Below are positions 19,343 to 29,571 of a stretch of DNA of 64,000 nt, piece after piece. Position 1 is the first letter of the stretch; each line of letters begins with the position of its first letter. This DNA comes from Phycisphaerales bacterium. Lineage in GTDB: Bacteria > Planctomycetota > Phycisphaerae > WQYP01. The translations under genes were made by a program, and so were the position numbers. The stretch lies in contig DAIDJN010000026.1 of NCBI GenBank assembly GCA_027451365.1, positions 1 to 64,000 on the forward strand, read 5' to 3'. The notes beneath the pieces are model-generated. The model searched no databases, had not been told where the DNA came from, and saw nothing but the letters and a program-made list of their open reading frames with translations.

Positions 19343-19607
19343 GCGATGGTATCCTCTACATTGGATGGACGGGGGCCAAGAATGGCAAATGTGGTGACAC
19401 AACTTTTCAAGCCGGAGGTTTGGCGGGAGTATACAACCGACAGGATGGGCGTTCAAGCCCGTTGCACGCCGGCCTCCAAGAGTAATCGGACATTCAAAAA
19501 TCAGTTTTTCCTGGCATTTGCTTTTTTATTTCCATATTGATAACATTTAACAAGAAGTGGCTAATTTGGGGTCCGCATCTGGCAACCTTTTTTTGGAGTA
19601 CCAAATC

Positions 19608-20396
19608 ATGCGTATCTTCCAGAATCAGAAATCAAAAAAAGTAACTTGGAGAGCCCGTCTTATGCTGGCGGCAATTGCGGGCATGGCCGCCGGACCGCTG
19701 CCGCGGATTTCAGCCGCGGCGAATTACAGTTGGGCGGTATCCACCAAGCAGGCTCTCAACGATGTTTTGCCAGCCACGAATATGCACCGTGTTTCCCTGC
19801 GTGACGCGATTGTGTATCTGCGCAACACCACGGAAGCCAATATTTTTGTGAACTGGACAGCCCTGCGGAACGCGGGCGTATCCCCGTTGACGCCGGTGAA
19901 TCTGCAACTGCAAAATGTTCCGGTACACAAAATTTTATCGCTAATTCTTCAGCAGGTCAGCCCGCAGACCACGCTGATCTATTTCGTCAGTGATAACGTG
20001 CTGACAATTACCACCCGATCCGATGCCAATCGGCACATGGTCACACGTGTCTACCCGGTGGATGACCTGGTGATGACGATTCCGAATTTCACCAATGCGC
20101 CAACTTTCAACCTGCAAAGCGCGACGCAGAACAGCACCGCGCAGGTCAGCGCATCCGGCGGTGGCGGACTTGGTGGCGGCGGCGGCCAAAGTCTGTTCGG
20201 CGGTTCGAGTTCACAAACCCAATCCAATATTCAAACCACCACCCAGCGCGGCCGAGACCTGGTTCGCCTTATTGAAGCCACCGTGCATCCCAATATCTGG
20301 GTCAAGGGCGGCGGACAGGCCAATATTATGTATTTTCATCGGTCGCTGGTGGTCACCGCGCCGATTTATATTCAGGAACTGGTAGGCGGCCGCTGA
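19608..20396 (+). CDS. Exported secretin-N/STN-like domain protein (planctomycete type)
   Basis: Signal peptide, NIFVNWTAL..PVNLQL..LSLIL, TRVYPVDDLV, Gly-rich linker, LIEATVHPNIW. No secretin beta-barrel. Confidence 0.6.
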   Translation: MRIFQNQKSKKVTWRARLMLAAIAGMAAGPLPRISAAANYSWAVSTKQALNDVLPATNMHRVSLRDAIVYLRNTTEANIFVNWTALRNAGVSPLTPVNLQLQNVPVHKILSLILQQVSPQTTLIYFVSDNVLTITTRSDANRHMVTRVYPVDDLVMTIPNFTNAPTFNLQSATQNSTAQVSASGGGGLGGGGGQSLFGGSSSQTQSNIQTTTQRGRDLVRLIEATVHPNIWVKGGGQANIMYFHRSLVVTAPIYIQELVGGR

Positions 20397-20430
20397 TTCG
20401 GACAATCCGCCGACAAACCGGAACGCCATT

Positions 20431-21327
20431 ATGTTTGGGCTGACGCTGGCACCACGGGGAACCCATCTGGCTGCATTCAAAAAGCGGCGGTTGGTGGCGA
20501 TGGTGGCGGCTTTCGCCATAGTGCTGGCCGGGGGATTTGCCACTGCGGGAAATCCTTCCGCAGACCGTCCAACGGCCGCCCACGCAAACGTAAAATCTTC
20601 ACATAAAAAAAGTGCCCACCCGTACCGGCCAGCGCAAATTGGCTACATCATTTTTGTGGAGAATCAGCCGAAACTCCTGACCCAGAAACTTCCACACATT
20701 GTGTTGCGTCAGCTCACGCTCAATCAGGCAGTCAATCGCATGGCGGCCCTAACCGGCGAGAATTTCGCGGTGGGATGGCCCGCATTAAAACGCGCGGGTA
20801 TCTCTATTCAAAAGCCGCATAATGTGACCTTGCCGGCCGGATCTTGCCGACGGGACCTGGCGCGGCTTTTTAGAGTCTTTGCCCGGCGCAAGCGGCTGGT
20901 GATCAGTGCGGATGAAAATGTTATTTTTATTACTACAGAAGCCCAGGATGATAAGCGGTTGATTCTGCGGACTTATTGGCTGCCAGACCTGCTGGCGAAT
21001 CTGCCGCGGATTATTCCACCGGCCGCGATCCTCCATCGCATGCGCCACCCGAGAAACGGGCCGCATCCCAAAGCTGTCTGGCCGCCGGGCTATACACCCG
21101 GACAATCAAAGAAAAAGGAACACCAACCCGTTTCCACCGATCTTATTTCGCTGATTACCAATGCCGTGCGACCAAAAATATGGGCGAACCACGGCGGCAA
21201 CGCCACTATGACGGAAGTGGGCAATAAAGTGATCGTGGACGCACCGGCCAGCGTGCAGGCGCTGCTTGCCGGCCCGTCCCATTATCATCCGAATGCGGTT
21301 CCACGATTTTTTATGATCGGCCTTTAA
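20431..21327 (+). CDS. Paralogous secretin-N/STN-like domain protein
   Basis: Same motif order as the upstream gene (NFAVGWPAL, NVIFITT, RTYWLPDLL, LITNAVRPKIW). Confidence 0.55.
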   Translation: MFGLTLAPRGTHLAAFKKRRLVAMVAAFAIVLAGGFATAGNPSADRPTAAHANVKSSHKKSAHPYRPAQIGYIIFVENQPKLLTQKLPHIVLRQLTLNQAVNRMAALTGENFAVGWPALKRAGISIQKPHNVTLPAGSCRRDLARLFRVFARRKRLVISADENVIFITTEAQDDKRLILRTYWLPDLLANLPRIIPPAAILHRMRHPRNGPHPKAVWPPGYTPGQSKKKEHQPVSTDLISLITNAVRPKIWANHGGNATMTEVGNKVIVDAPASVQALLAGPSHYHPNAVPRFFMIGL

Positions 21328-21444
21328 GCGGCCCGGTGTCGCGGCAGCGAAACACGACAGAATTTCATTTGACCCGATGCGTTCCCTACCGTTAGGATGG
21401 AATTTTTGCCCCTGTGGCCAGAAAGAAATGGGAAACGCGGACGC

Positions 21445-22140
21445 ATGATCGGCCTTCTGAAACTACTTCTGACCAAGTTCACCTATGTGGCGCTGGCCTT
21501 GATTCTTGTCGCAGCGGGCTGCGGCGTGCCGATTCCAGAAGATGTTCCGCTGATCTTTTCCGGCTATCTTTGCAACCCGCATCAAAGCCCACTGTCAGGC
21601 GTGCTGGCACCCACGGGGACAAAACCGGCCGGCGCCTCGACCGCAACAACCGATCCGGGCACGGTGCCTTCCGCCAATATCATGTTTCTGGCGGGCATGC
21701 TGGGCATTGTGGGCGGCGACAGTATTCTGTACTTAATCGGGCGCTATGGCATCGATTCAAATAATCTCATCGCCCGGCACATCCGCAAAGTCCTGCATTC
21801 CAAGCGGCGGGATCAGGTGGAAAAGCACTTTTTACGACATGGCAACCTGACGCTTTTCATCGGGCGGTTTATCCCGGGCGTGCGGGCCTTAATTTTTGCC
21901 CTTTGCGGCATATCCAAAATGCCTTATTGGCGATTTGTGGCGGTGGATGGTCTGGCCGGTCTTATCAGCGTGCCAACCCTGATATGGCTTGGCTACTGGC
22001 AGGCTAAACATATCAACTGGCTCTTTGCGAAAGTGGCGGAAGTTAAACATGTCGTTTACGTGGTGGTCGTTATCGCAATTGTCATTGGCGCTGTCGTGTA
22101 TCTGATGCGGCGATCCCGGGCCGAGCAAGGCAAGCCTTAG
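21445..22140 (+). CDS. DedA family membrane protein
   Basis: GVPIPEDVPLI, GDSILYLIGR, FIGRFIPGVR. Confidence 0.9.
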   Translation: MIGLLKLLLTKFTYVALALILVAAGCGVPIPEDVPLIFSGYLCNPHQSPLSGVLAPTGTKPAGASTATTDPGTVPSANIMFLAGMLGIVGGDSILYLIGRYGIDSNNLIARHIRKVLHSKRRDQVEKHFLRHGNLTLFIGRFIPGVRALIFALCGISKMPYWRFVAVDGLAGLISVPTLIWLGYWQAKHINWLFAKVAEVKHVVYVVVVIAIVIGAVVYLMRRSRAEQGKP

Positions 22141-22165
22141 GACGACAATCCAAAACCTGACATCC

Positions 22166-23911
22166 GTGCCGATGGACCCGTTTTTGTTTACAATACCGCT
22201 TTGCCGCTCCGGCGGCTGCGACAGGAGTTTACACGTGCGTGTGCAATTGCTATTCACAGGCGGCCGAAAAGTCGCCTGTTCATCAGGACTGTCCAAAAAA
22301 TGGCACCGTCCGGCTCCACAATTTCTGATTTCACTGGCCGCCACGGGTGCGTTTATTGTCAGCGGCATGGCAACCGCCGCTTCGCCGGCGCCATCAACGT
22401 CGGTCAATGAGCCTGCGCTGGCGGCCGGGACCATATCCGCGGCCGAAGCGCCGGAGTCGGCGGCAAATACGGCCCAGGTTCTGGCGGCGACGGCCCGATT
22501 TTTTCGGCGCGGCTTTGATTCCAACCGACACGGGGCGCTGGTTCTGGGATCACTGCGATCCACGCACGACGCTGCTCTGACGCCGTATTTTCTGCAGATC
22601 AGCCGGGCCAAAGATCCCATGTTGCAACTCACGGGCATACTGGACGCCAATTATGTCAGCGGAAACCCAAAAGTTCTGAACATGCGGCACTTTTTTTCAA
22701 TTCCGCTGCCGACGCTGTTAACCGCCTCGTTAGCCATGCTGATTCAGTATGGGAACATTACCACGCGGCAGTTGCAAACTATTCTGAAAATTGCGCCTCA
22801 GCCCTCGCAGCGCCTTTTGGCGGCAGCTGCACTGGTGACGCGGAAACTGGATAACTTGGCGCTGCCCGAATTAACCGCCCTGCTGGCCAGCGCGGACCCA
22901 TCCGTGCGTTATTACGCGGCTATGACCATTCTGGAAACGGATGACGCTGGTGCCGTAACCAAAGCCATGGCTGTCCTTGGGCGGCTTGCCGCCACCCATT
23001 CACCTGACCTTCAGCACATTAAACGGGCGTTATTGGCACGGGCAGCAGTGAAAGACATCAAAGCCGCGATACCCTGGGTTTCCCGAATAGCCGAAGATAA
23101 AAAAGCCACCGGCGGCACACGGCGCGGGGCGGTCACGGCGTTGCTTTATATGCATGCGCCGGGTGCGGGTCGGCGATTGGAACACCTGATTGCCGAGTCG
23201 CACAACACGATTGACCGCATCGAACTGGGCCTGCTGGCCATAGAATATGGTCAACAGGTTTCACCGGCATCGATTCGCAAACTGTTAAAAACCCACTCGC
23301 CACTTCAACGGGATATTGCTCGCGCCGGCCTGCTGGCTGCCTATCACAAAGACCCGCTTCCGGAAATCCTGCATTTGGTGCATCAGGGCCAGCCACTTTT
23401 TTTGAATTGGGTGTATGGCTACTGCCGGAATCCGGCGAACCCGCATCGACTGCGGCTGCTTACCGCATTGGTGCACTACGCAACCGTGGTCGACAGCCAG
23501 CGCGATGTGGATTATCTGCGGGCGGAAGCGGCGGCTAAACGTATTGCCAATATGGACAGCCCGGCGGCCCGGCGGCTTCTGGCTGGCTTTTTACAATCCG
23601 TTAACCATGGCGTAGTGGAAGCCGCACTGGGAGGCATGATGCAAAGCCGGAAAATGAACTTCGGCCCGCTGGTGGCGCCGATATGGCCGGAGTTGCGTAA
23701 AAGCCATGATCATCAGATTCGCCAATATGCCGCAATTGTTTTGTCGCGAGCCGGCCTGAAAATGGCCATGCCCGAATTGCGAAACATTGTGCTTTATAAC
23801 GACCGGCGTACTGACGGGTTTCGTGCCGTGGCCGGCTGGTATTACCTGAAACTGGCGGGCCAGACGCGACGCCTGCTGCATGAGGTGGCGGCGGGAACGC
23901 CGGCCAAATAA
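22166..23911 (+). CDS. HEAT-repeat-like alpha-helical hypothetical protein
   Basis: Long ORF with repeats such as LTALLASADPSVRYYAA and QIRQYAAIVL. The true start is probably downstream of 22166. Confidence 0.6.
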   Translation: MPMDPFLFTIPLCRSGGCDRSLHVRVQLLFTGGRKVACSSGLSKKWHRPAPQFLISLAATGAFIVSGMATAASPAPSTSVNEPALAAGTISAAEAPESAANTAQVLAATARFFRRGFDSNRHGALVLGSLRSTHDAALTPYFLQISRAKDPMLQLTGILDANYVSGNPKVLNMRHFFSIPLPTLLTASLAMLIQYGNITTRQLQTILKIAPQPSQRLLAAAALVTRKLDNLALPELTALLASADPSVRYYAAMTILETDDAGAVTKAMAVLGRLAATHSPDLQHIKRALLARAAVKDIKAAIPWVSRIAEDKKATGGTRRGAVTALLYMHAPGAGRRLEHLIAESHNTIDRIELGLLAIEYGQQVSPASIRKLLKTHSPLQRDIARAGLLAAYHKDPLPEILHLVHQGQPLFLNWVYGYCRNPANPHRLRLLTALVHYATVVDSQRDVDYLRAEAAAKRIANMDSPAARRLLAGFLQSVNHGVVEAALGGMMQSRKMNFGPLVAPIWPELRKSHDHQIRQYAAIVLSRAGLKMAMPELRNIVLYNDRRTDGFRAVAGWYYLKLAGQTRRLLHEVAAGTPAK

Positions 23912-24019
23912 ATCGCAAAGTTTAACCGGATTTTTAAACCGGCCGCCGAGCGCCGCCATAAAATCAAGTGGCTTGGAAACCTGGAACACCGGCCACAGAC
24001 AATCTGGAATCAAAAACTT

Positions 24020-25630
24020 ATGACTCCCACGTTTTACAACACGCTTACCCGCCACATGACGCCGCTATCACCGCAGCAGCCTGGTCCGAATCAGTCCGAC
24101 CCGCTTAACGGTGCGACGATCACCATGTATTCATGCGGGCCTACCGTTTACGATTACGCCCATATTGGAAATTTCCGGTCGTTCCTGTTTGCCGACCTGC
24201 TGCGGCGCTATCTTGAAATTCGTGGCGCGAAAGTGCGTCATGTGATGAACATGACCGATGTCGGACACATGACGGACGACCAGATTGCAGATGGTGGCGG
24301 CCGGGACAAACTGGAACTGGCCGTTGAGAAGATGAAGGAGAACAAAAAAACCGGAATTGCCATGGTGGAAAACCCCAACGATCCATTTCAGGTGGCAGAT
24401 TATTTCATTCAGGCGTTTTTGCAGGATGCACTGTCGCTGCGACTGGCCGTGGCCATGGACCATAACCGTGCGGCGGACCACGAAAAAGAAGCCATTATGC
24501 CGCGTCCCACGCGTCATATATCAGATTTTGTGGAGTTGATTCAGCAATTGATCGGCCGCAGGCACGCCTATGTCGGCACGGACGGCGTGGTCTATTTTGA
24601 TGTGGGCAGTTTTCCGGAATATGGCAAACTATCCGGGAATTCGATTGAACAATTGTCGCACGGTGCCGGCGGCAGAACCAATGAACAGGCGGCGAAGCGT
24701 CATCCTGCGGACTTTTTCCTGTGGAAGCCGGACGGGAAACATATCATGCGGTGGCCAAGTCCATGGGGCGAAGGCTATCCTGGCTGGCATGTGGAATGCA
24801 GTTCCATGGCAATGGAAATTCTTGGCCCGACACTGGATATTCACACCGGCGGCGAAGACAATATTTTTCCGCATCATGAATGTGAAATTGCCCAGTCGCA
24901 GGGAGCCACCGACCGGCCGTTTGTGCGGCTTTGGATGCACGCCCGACATTTAATGGTCAATGGCGAAAAAATGTCCAAATCCAAAGGGAATTTTTTTACC
25001 ATTCGGGATCTGACAGCCAAAGGCTTCGATCCGCTGGTGGTGCGTTACGCACTGCTGGCGGCACGATACCGCGAAACCCAGAATTTTACACTTCAAAGCC
25101 TGCACGAAGCTGCCGCGGCCATCACCACGCTCCGAGACCTGGCGGACAAGCTGACGCTTTGCGTCGCCAGCGTGGACGAAGCCGCTGGTGATTCACATAT
25201 AAACATACTTGATAATTCCATGGCGCCCCAAACGCCGGTCGCCCCGGAAGATGCCTTCATGCTGGAGGAATTTGACCGTGGCTTGGCGGAAGACCTGAAC
25301 ATTTCCGCCGCGCTGGCCGCGGTCTTTACCTGGTCGGCGGGTCTGCTGAAACAAAAAACCATCGGCTTTCCGCGAGCCAGATCAGCGCTTCAGGCACTTA
25401 AGCGGGTGGACCATGTTCTGCAGGTTGTGTTCACTCCGACGCAGCCGTTGGCACCGGAAACACTAAATACAATTGAACATCTGATAGAGCGCCGCAAGGC
25501 CGCCAAAACCAGCCGGGATTTCGCGCAAAGCGATGCCCTGCGCAAAGAACTGACTCTTCTGGGTGTAGAAGTGATGGATACCGCTAAAGGAATGTCCTGG
25601 CGCCGGCGGCTGGCACCGGCATTGGCGTAA
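24020..25630 (+). CDS. cysS: Cysteine--tRNA ligase
   Basis: MYSCGPTVYDYAHIGN, DFFLWK, GYPGWHVECS, DIHTGGEDNIFPHHECE, KMSKS. Confidence 0.97.
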   Translation: MTPTFYNTLTRHMTPLSPQQPGPNQSDPLNGATITMYSCGPTVYDYAHIGNFRSFLFADLLRRYLEIRGAKVRHVMNMTDVGHMTDDQIADGGGRDKLELAVEKMKENKKTGIAMVENPNDPFQVADYFIQAFLQDALSLRLAVAMDHNRAADHEKEAIMPRPTRHISDFVELIQQLIGRRHAYVGTDGVVYFDVGSFPEYGKLSGNSIEQLSHGAGGRTNEQAAKRHPADFFLWKPDGKHIMRWPSPWGEGYPGWHVECSSMAMEILGPTLDIHTGGEDNIFPHHECEIAQSQGATDRPFVRLWMHARHLMVNGEKMSKSKGNFFTIRDLTAKGFDPLVVRYALLAARYRETQNFTLQSLHEAAAAITTLRDLADKLTLCVASVDEAAGDSHINILDNSMAPQTPVAPEDAFMLEEFDRGLAEDLNISAALAAVFTWSAGLLKQKTIGFPRARSALQALKRVDHVLQVVFTPTQPLAPETLNTIEHLIERRKAAKTSRDFAQSDALRKELTLLGVEVMDTAKGMSWRRRLAPALA

Positions 25631-25656
25631 ATTCCGCTCTGCGGCCCGCGAACGGG

Positions 25657-27246
25657 TCAGACACTATCGGCGTTCGGCGGAGATTGCCGCCATTGACCGT
25701 CCACACATTGCCAATAGCCGGCCGGCGCCGCGTCGCGCAATGCCGGCGGCAGCCGGTGTCGCGGAACATTGTCAAAACACTCCAGGCGGGTAAAGCGTTC
25801 AATGGCTGCGGGAATTCCGACCGAGGTAAAATGTGCATGCCCCGATGCGGGAAATGGCCCCCCATGATTCATTGCCGGTGAAACAGCCACGCCGGTGGGC
25901 ATTTTGTTGTAAAGCAGCCGGCCGACGCGCGGTCGCAGCAAGTCGGAAACCAGGTCGTACAGGCTGACGTCATCGGCGTCATCCGCGTAAATGGTGCCGG
26001 TCAGATTCCCTTCCAGCATTCCACAAATCGCCAGCAACTGGGCAATATCGTCCGCCTGGACCATCAGACACGCATTGCCGAACGCCTCGCGCTGGAAAAT
26101 ATCCGGGTGGCGAAGGAATTGACTGCCGGAAATGACAAGTAGAGTGTTTTCAAAGGCAAAACGTGCTTCCGGCATGATTCGTCCGCCTGTCATAAGTGCG
26201 GCACCCGCATCAATCAATTGCTTCACCGCAGAGGCTAATTCATCCCGCACTCCGGCGGAAAAAAGCGTGCCGACGGGTGCTGCGGATAGCGCGGCGGATA
26301 CCTCCGCGATAAACGCATCGGAATCGGCATTTTTCAGCAGCAAAACGAGACCCGGATTCGTACAGAATTGGCCGCTGCCCAGCAGAACCGAACTGACATA
26401 TTCCCGCCCAATATCCGCGCGCCGGTGGGAAAGCAATCCGGGCAGAACCACCACCGGATTAATGCTGGACATTTCCAGATAGATTGGCTTGCCAGCAGCA
26501 TCCGCCGCGGCCTTGAGTTGCAGGCCGGCTTTGCGACTGCCGGTAAAGGCGCTGGCACCGATACGGGGATCAGACACCAGCCGCAACCCGTCCAAAGGCA
26601 AAGTGGCATACATTAGCGCAACGGTTGCCCGTGGCAGGCCGGTGTGAACCAGACAGTCATGTGCCAGTTCCGCCAGCGCCTGGCTGGTGGCCGGATGCAG
26701 CGGGTGGGCCTTGGCAATAACCGGATTTCCCGCCGCAATGGCCGCGGCAAAATCGCCGCCGCACACCGCATTAAATGCGAATGGAAAATTATTCGGCCCG
26801 AAAATGCACACCGGTCCGATGGGCGCGAATTGCGAGCGTATATTATTTTTCGTATCGATTACCGGCCGTCGCCAGGCCCCCTGCCGCGCCGCGTGAGCGG
26901 CCGACCGAAGCTGACCGGTGGTTCGCGGCAATTCTCCGGCAGCCAGTCGCGGCTGAATTGCCAGCGCGGTTTCAGTGTGCGCCAGGATACACAATTTTTC
27001 CGCCTGGGCCTCTATCGCCGAGGCAAAGGCATCAAGAAAATCAGCAATTTTTTCGGGATTAACCGCACGTAAGTCCGCGGCGGCGCGCTTGGCGGCAACA
27101 AGTGCTGCTTCACAATCCGCCCAGGCACTTATGGGAAATGGGTCCGGCAGCGCAGCGCCGGTCTGCGGGTTACATGCGGTAAAAGTGCTTTGTACCTCCG
27201 CCGGACGCCATACGCCATCAATTAATACGGGTGCGATCGTGGACAT
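25657..27246 (-). CDS. Aldehyde dehydrogenase (alpha-ketoglutaric semialdehyde dehydrogenase-like)
   Basis: GELPRTTGQL, FGPNNFPFAF, FTGS, YLEMSSINP, GSGQFCTNPG, MNHGGPFPA. Confidence 0.88.
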   Translation of the reverse strand: MSTIAPVLIDGVWRPAEVQSTFTACNPQTGAALPDPFPISAWADCEAALVAAKRAAADLRAVNPEKIADFLDAFASAIEAQAEKLCILAHTETALAIQPRLAAGELPRTTGQLRSAAHAARQGAWRRPVIDTKNNIRSQFAPIGPVCIFGPNNFPFAFNAVCGGDFAAAIAAGNPVIAKAHPLHPATSQALAELAHDCLVHTGLPRATVALMYATLPLDGLRLVSDPRIGASAFTGSRKAGLQLKAAADAAGKPIYLEMSSINPVVVLPGLLSHRRADIGREYVSSVLLGSGQFCTNPGLVLLLKNADSDAFIAEVSAALSAAPVGTLFSAGVRDELASAVKQLIDAGAALMTGGRIMPEARFAFENTLLVISGSQFLRHPDIFQREAFGNACLMVQADDIAQLLAICGMLEGNLTGTIYADDADDVSLYDLVSDLLRPRVGRLLYNKMPTGVAVSPAMNHGGPFPASGHAHFTSVGIPAAIERFTRLECFDNVPRHRLPPALRDAAPAGYWQCVDGQWRQSPPNADSV

Positions 27247-27273
27247 GGAATCTGCTTCTCCGATGCAACTATT

Positions 27274-28290
27274 TCAGGCCACAGGCTGGCCAACTGACTC
27301 CAGCAACCGCCGGGCTAAAAGACCGAATTCCTCGTGACATGCCGCCACCGCGCTGGCATGCCCGCCGATGGCACCGTCGGCAGCGCTTAACAAGAACATG
27401 GGTTTGCGAGCCTCCTGGGCCATGGGCATAAGGCTTTTGAAATGTTTGATCATAGCCAGCCGGTTCACGTCTGGTGGCTGGTTGATGCCGCCGTTGTAAT
27501 TAAATCCAGTATCCGATCCAAGCACCTCATGGGCGTAGACACCTGGAATTCGATCGGCCCATTTTTGATAAGACTTGACCGGGCGATTCTCACGCACCGA
27601 AGGATTCAACAGGATGTAACCGAGGGGCCGCATGGCTCCGGCGGGCAATGGTGTGCCAGCCAATGGCTTCGCCATGGGACGCCGGGTTTGCCACCCCTTC
27701 CTCCAATTCTTCAGGCTTGGCCCAAGATTGCGCAATCCTTGTATCGAAAACAGGTCTGCGCCCAAGGGTATCACGACATAATCAGAAGCAACCATTGCCG
27801 CACGGTTCATTGCACCGATATTCGGCCCTACATCCAAAAGCGCTATTTCAGCCTGACATTGGTCCGCGGCCCGACTGATAACCCGGTAAAATGCGGTTGT
27901 CACACGAAAGCCGTCGTTGGCGACGGCGGCTTCGTCCGCCAGACATTTACCCCAGGCATCAGAAAGCCTGTCTTCAAAGGCGCTTAAGCCAAGATCGCCG
28001 GGAAGCAGGAAGAGATTTTCATCAATATTAATGGGTACAATCGTCTGAATGTCTCCAAGACTTTCAATCAGTGGATTCACGGCCCCCAAAATGCTGCCTG
28101 GATGCGGGCCGTCGGGCCACAATTTTTCAAGGCGAGTATCGTCCAGGAACATACTGGTGAGGTTGGATTGGGGGTCCAGATCGACGGCAATTGTCGAATG
28201 CCCCATTTGGCCAAGCATCCATGCGAGGTGATACACCATGGAGGTTTTTCCAACGCCGCCCTTGTTGTTGAAGAAGGTGATCGTTTTCAC
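27274..28290 (-). CDS. ParA/Soj-like ATPase (orphan type)
   Basis: Deviant Walker A FFNNKGGVGKT, VDLDPQSNLT, LLDVGPN. GTG start overlaps the upstream stop by 4 bp. Confidence 0.88.
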   Translation of the reverse strand: MKTITFFNNKGGVGKTSMVYHLAWMLGQMGHSTIAVDLDPQSNLTSMFLDDTRLEKLWPDGPHPGSILGAVNPLIESLGDIQTIVPINIDENLFLLPGDLGLSAFEDRLSDAWGKCLADEAAVANDGFRVTTAFYRVISRAADQCQAEIALLDVGPNIGAMNRAAMVASDYVVIPLGADLFSIQGLRNLGPSLKNWRKGWQTRRPMAKPLAGTPLPAGAMRPLGYILLNPSVRENRPVKSYQKWADRIPGVYAHEVLGSDTGFNYNGGINQPPDVNRLAMIKHFKSLMPMAQEARKPMFLLSAADGAIGGHASAVAACHEEFGLLARRLLESVGQPVA

Positions 28291-29465
28291 AAACGCCTCC
28301 GAACAATCATCAGCACATGATTATCGCCTATGACATATTCCAGGGACGGACTTCCATTCCGCTTCAGCCAGCTTTCCGCCATGGCCACGCCCCGACCAAA
28401 ACGATTGGCGAACCCCAGCGTCTTGGCCGCCTCAGCCAGTACCGGATTGCGATACGAAGTGGACTGTCGAAACTGGTCACGGGTCAGATCGCCATAGAGA
28501 CCACCGGGGTTCTGAATTTCGATCCGGTCGGAAAAATGATTGATCGAGACCGGCGTTGTGGAGCCGTCATAATTGCGATGCACAATGGAATTGATAAACA
28601 GTTCGTGCAGCGCTATTTCCGGATAATCGGCCACGTTATCCTCGGATAAATCCGGCCGTCGCACGGGGCGCACATTGGCGATCTGGCGGGTTAGGCTGTC
28701 GAGTTCCCGCATAACCGTAAGCAGGTCACCGGAAATCCGTCGCTCCTGAAGAACCGTATCGGCCAGTGAAAGCCCTTCATAACGCACATACTGAACGTAC
28801 GCGCCGGGAAAATAGGAAAGCGGATCTTTCCCGAACAGCAGCACAGCGGCGTTGGCGGGCTGGTTGAGCTTTCGGTTGAAAAATCTGACGGAACTCAGTT
28901 GATCTTCAATGCTGCGCCCATTTTCCGCGATTACAGCCGGTGAAACCGCCCTGGGCAGATAATTCAATGTAAACAGATCAAGTGCCAAATCACCCAATCC
29001 GGCACCCGGGCAGGCGCGCATATCCCAGGTCCTGGCCCGGTCCACCTGGCGTTCCTCCAACCGCCGCTCCTGTTCCTTGGTGGCGATATCGGCGGTAGGT
29101 CCGGTGCGAATGTAAACAACCTGCTTGAATCGCACGGGCGGCATGGTGGAAGGACGAACCTGAACCATGGCAATATCGCATTCCTGATAACGCACTTTTT
29201 CCACGTGCATATCAGGGACAGGAATGAGCTGACCGTTGTGCCGATGGGAAGCCAGGCTCTCCAGAAGTTTTTCGTCAATCACGGCCCCATTTGGTTTGCC
29301 ATGGCTGTCAACCCCTACAAACAGATAGCCGGGCAAACCGGAACCGGGCATATCGTTGGCGAACGCACAAATCGCTTTACAGAATTTATCGGTGTCGCGC
29401 AACGACTCGGTGCGCTCTACCCGGTAAGATTCCATACCTGCCAGCAATTCGGTAATTTCGGTCAT
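28287..29465 (-). CDS. Schlafen/AlbA_2 domain + HATPase_c_4 protein
   Basis: AlbA_2-like KAICAFANDM..GYLFVGVD. HATPase_c_4-like YPEIALHELFINSIVHRNY..DRIEIQNPGGL..YRNPVLAE..GRG. Confidence 0.8.
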   Translation of the reverse strand: MTEITELLAGMESYRVERTESLRDTDKFCKAICAFANDMPGSGLPGYLFVGVDSHGKPNGAVIDEKLLESLASHRHNGQLIPVPDMHVEKVRYQECDIAMVQVRPSTMPPVRFKQVVYIRTGPTADIATKEQERRLEERQVDRARTWDMRACPGAGLGDLALDLFTLNYLPRAVSPAVIAENGRSIEDQLSSVRFFNRKLNQPANAAVLLFGKDPLSYFPGAYVQYVRYEGLSLADTVLQERRISGDLLTVMRELDSLTRQIANVRPVRRPDLSEDNVADYPEIALHELFINSIVHRNYDGSTTPVSINHFSDRIEIQNPGGLYGDLTRDQFRQSTSYRNPVLAEAAKTLGFANRFGRGVAMAESWLKRNGSPSLEYVIGDNHVLMIVRRRL

Positions 29466-29571
29466 GCTTTAACTCCAACTCTATGTTCCGGGTGATTGCG
29501 CCTTGCGTCAAGCGGCGGAATAAATCAGGCGACCGGAAAATACCGAGAATCTGACATGCAGGCTGCCTGTG

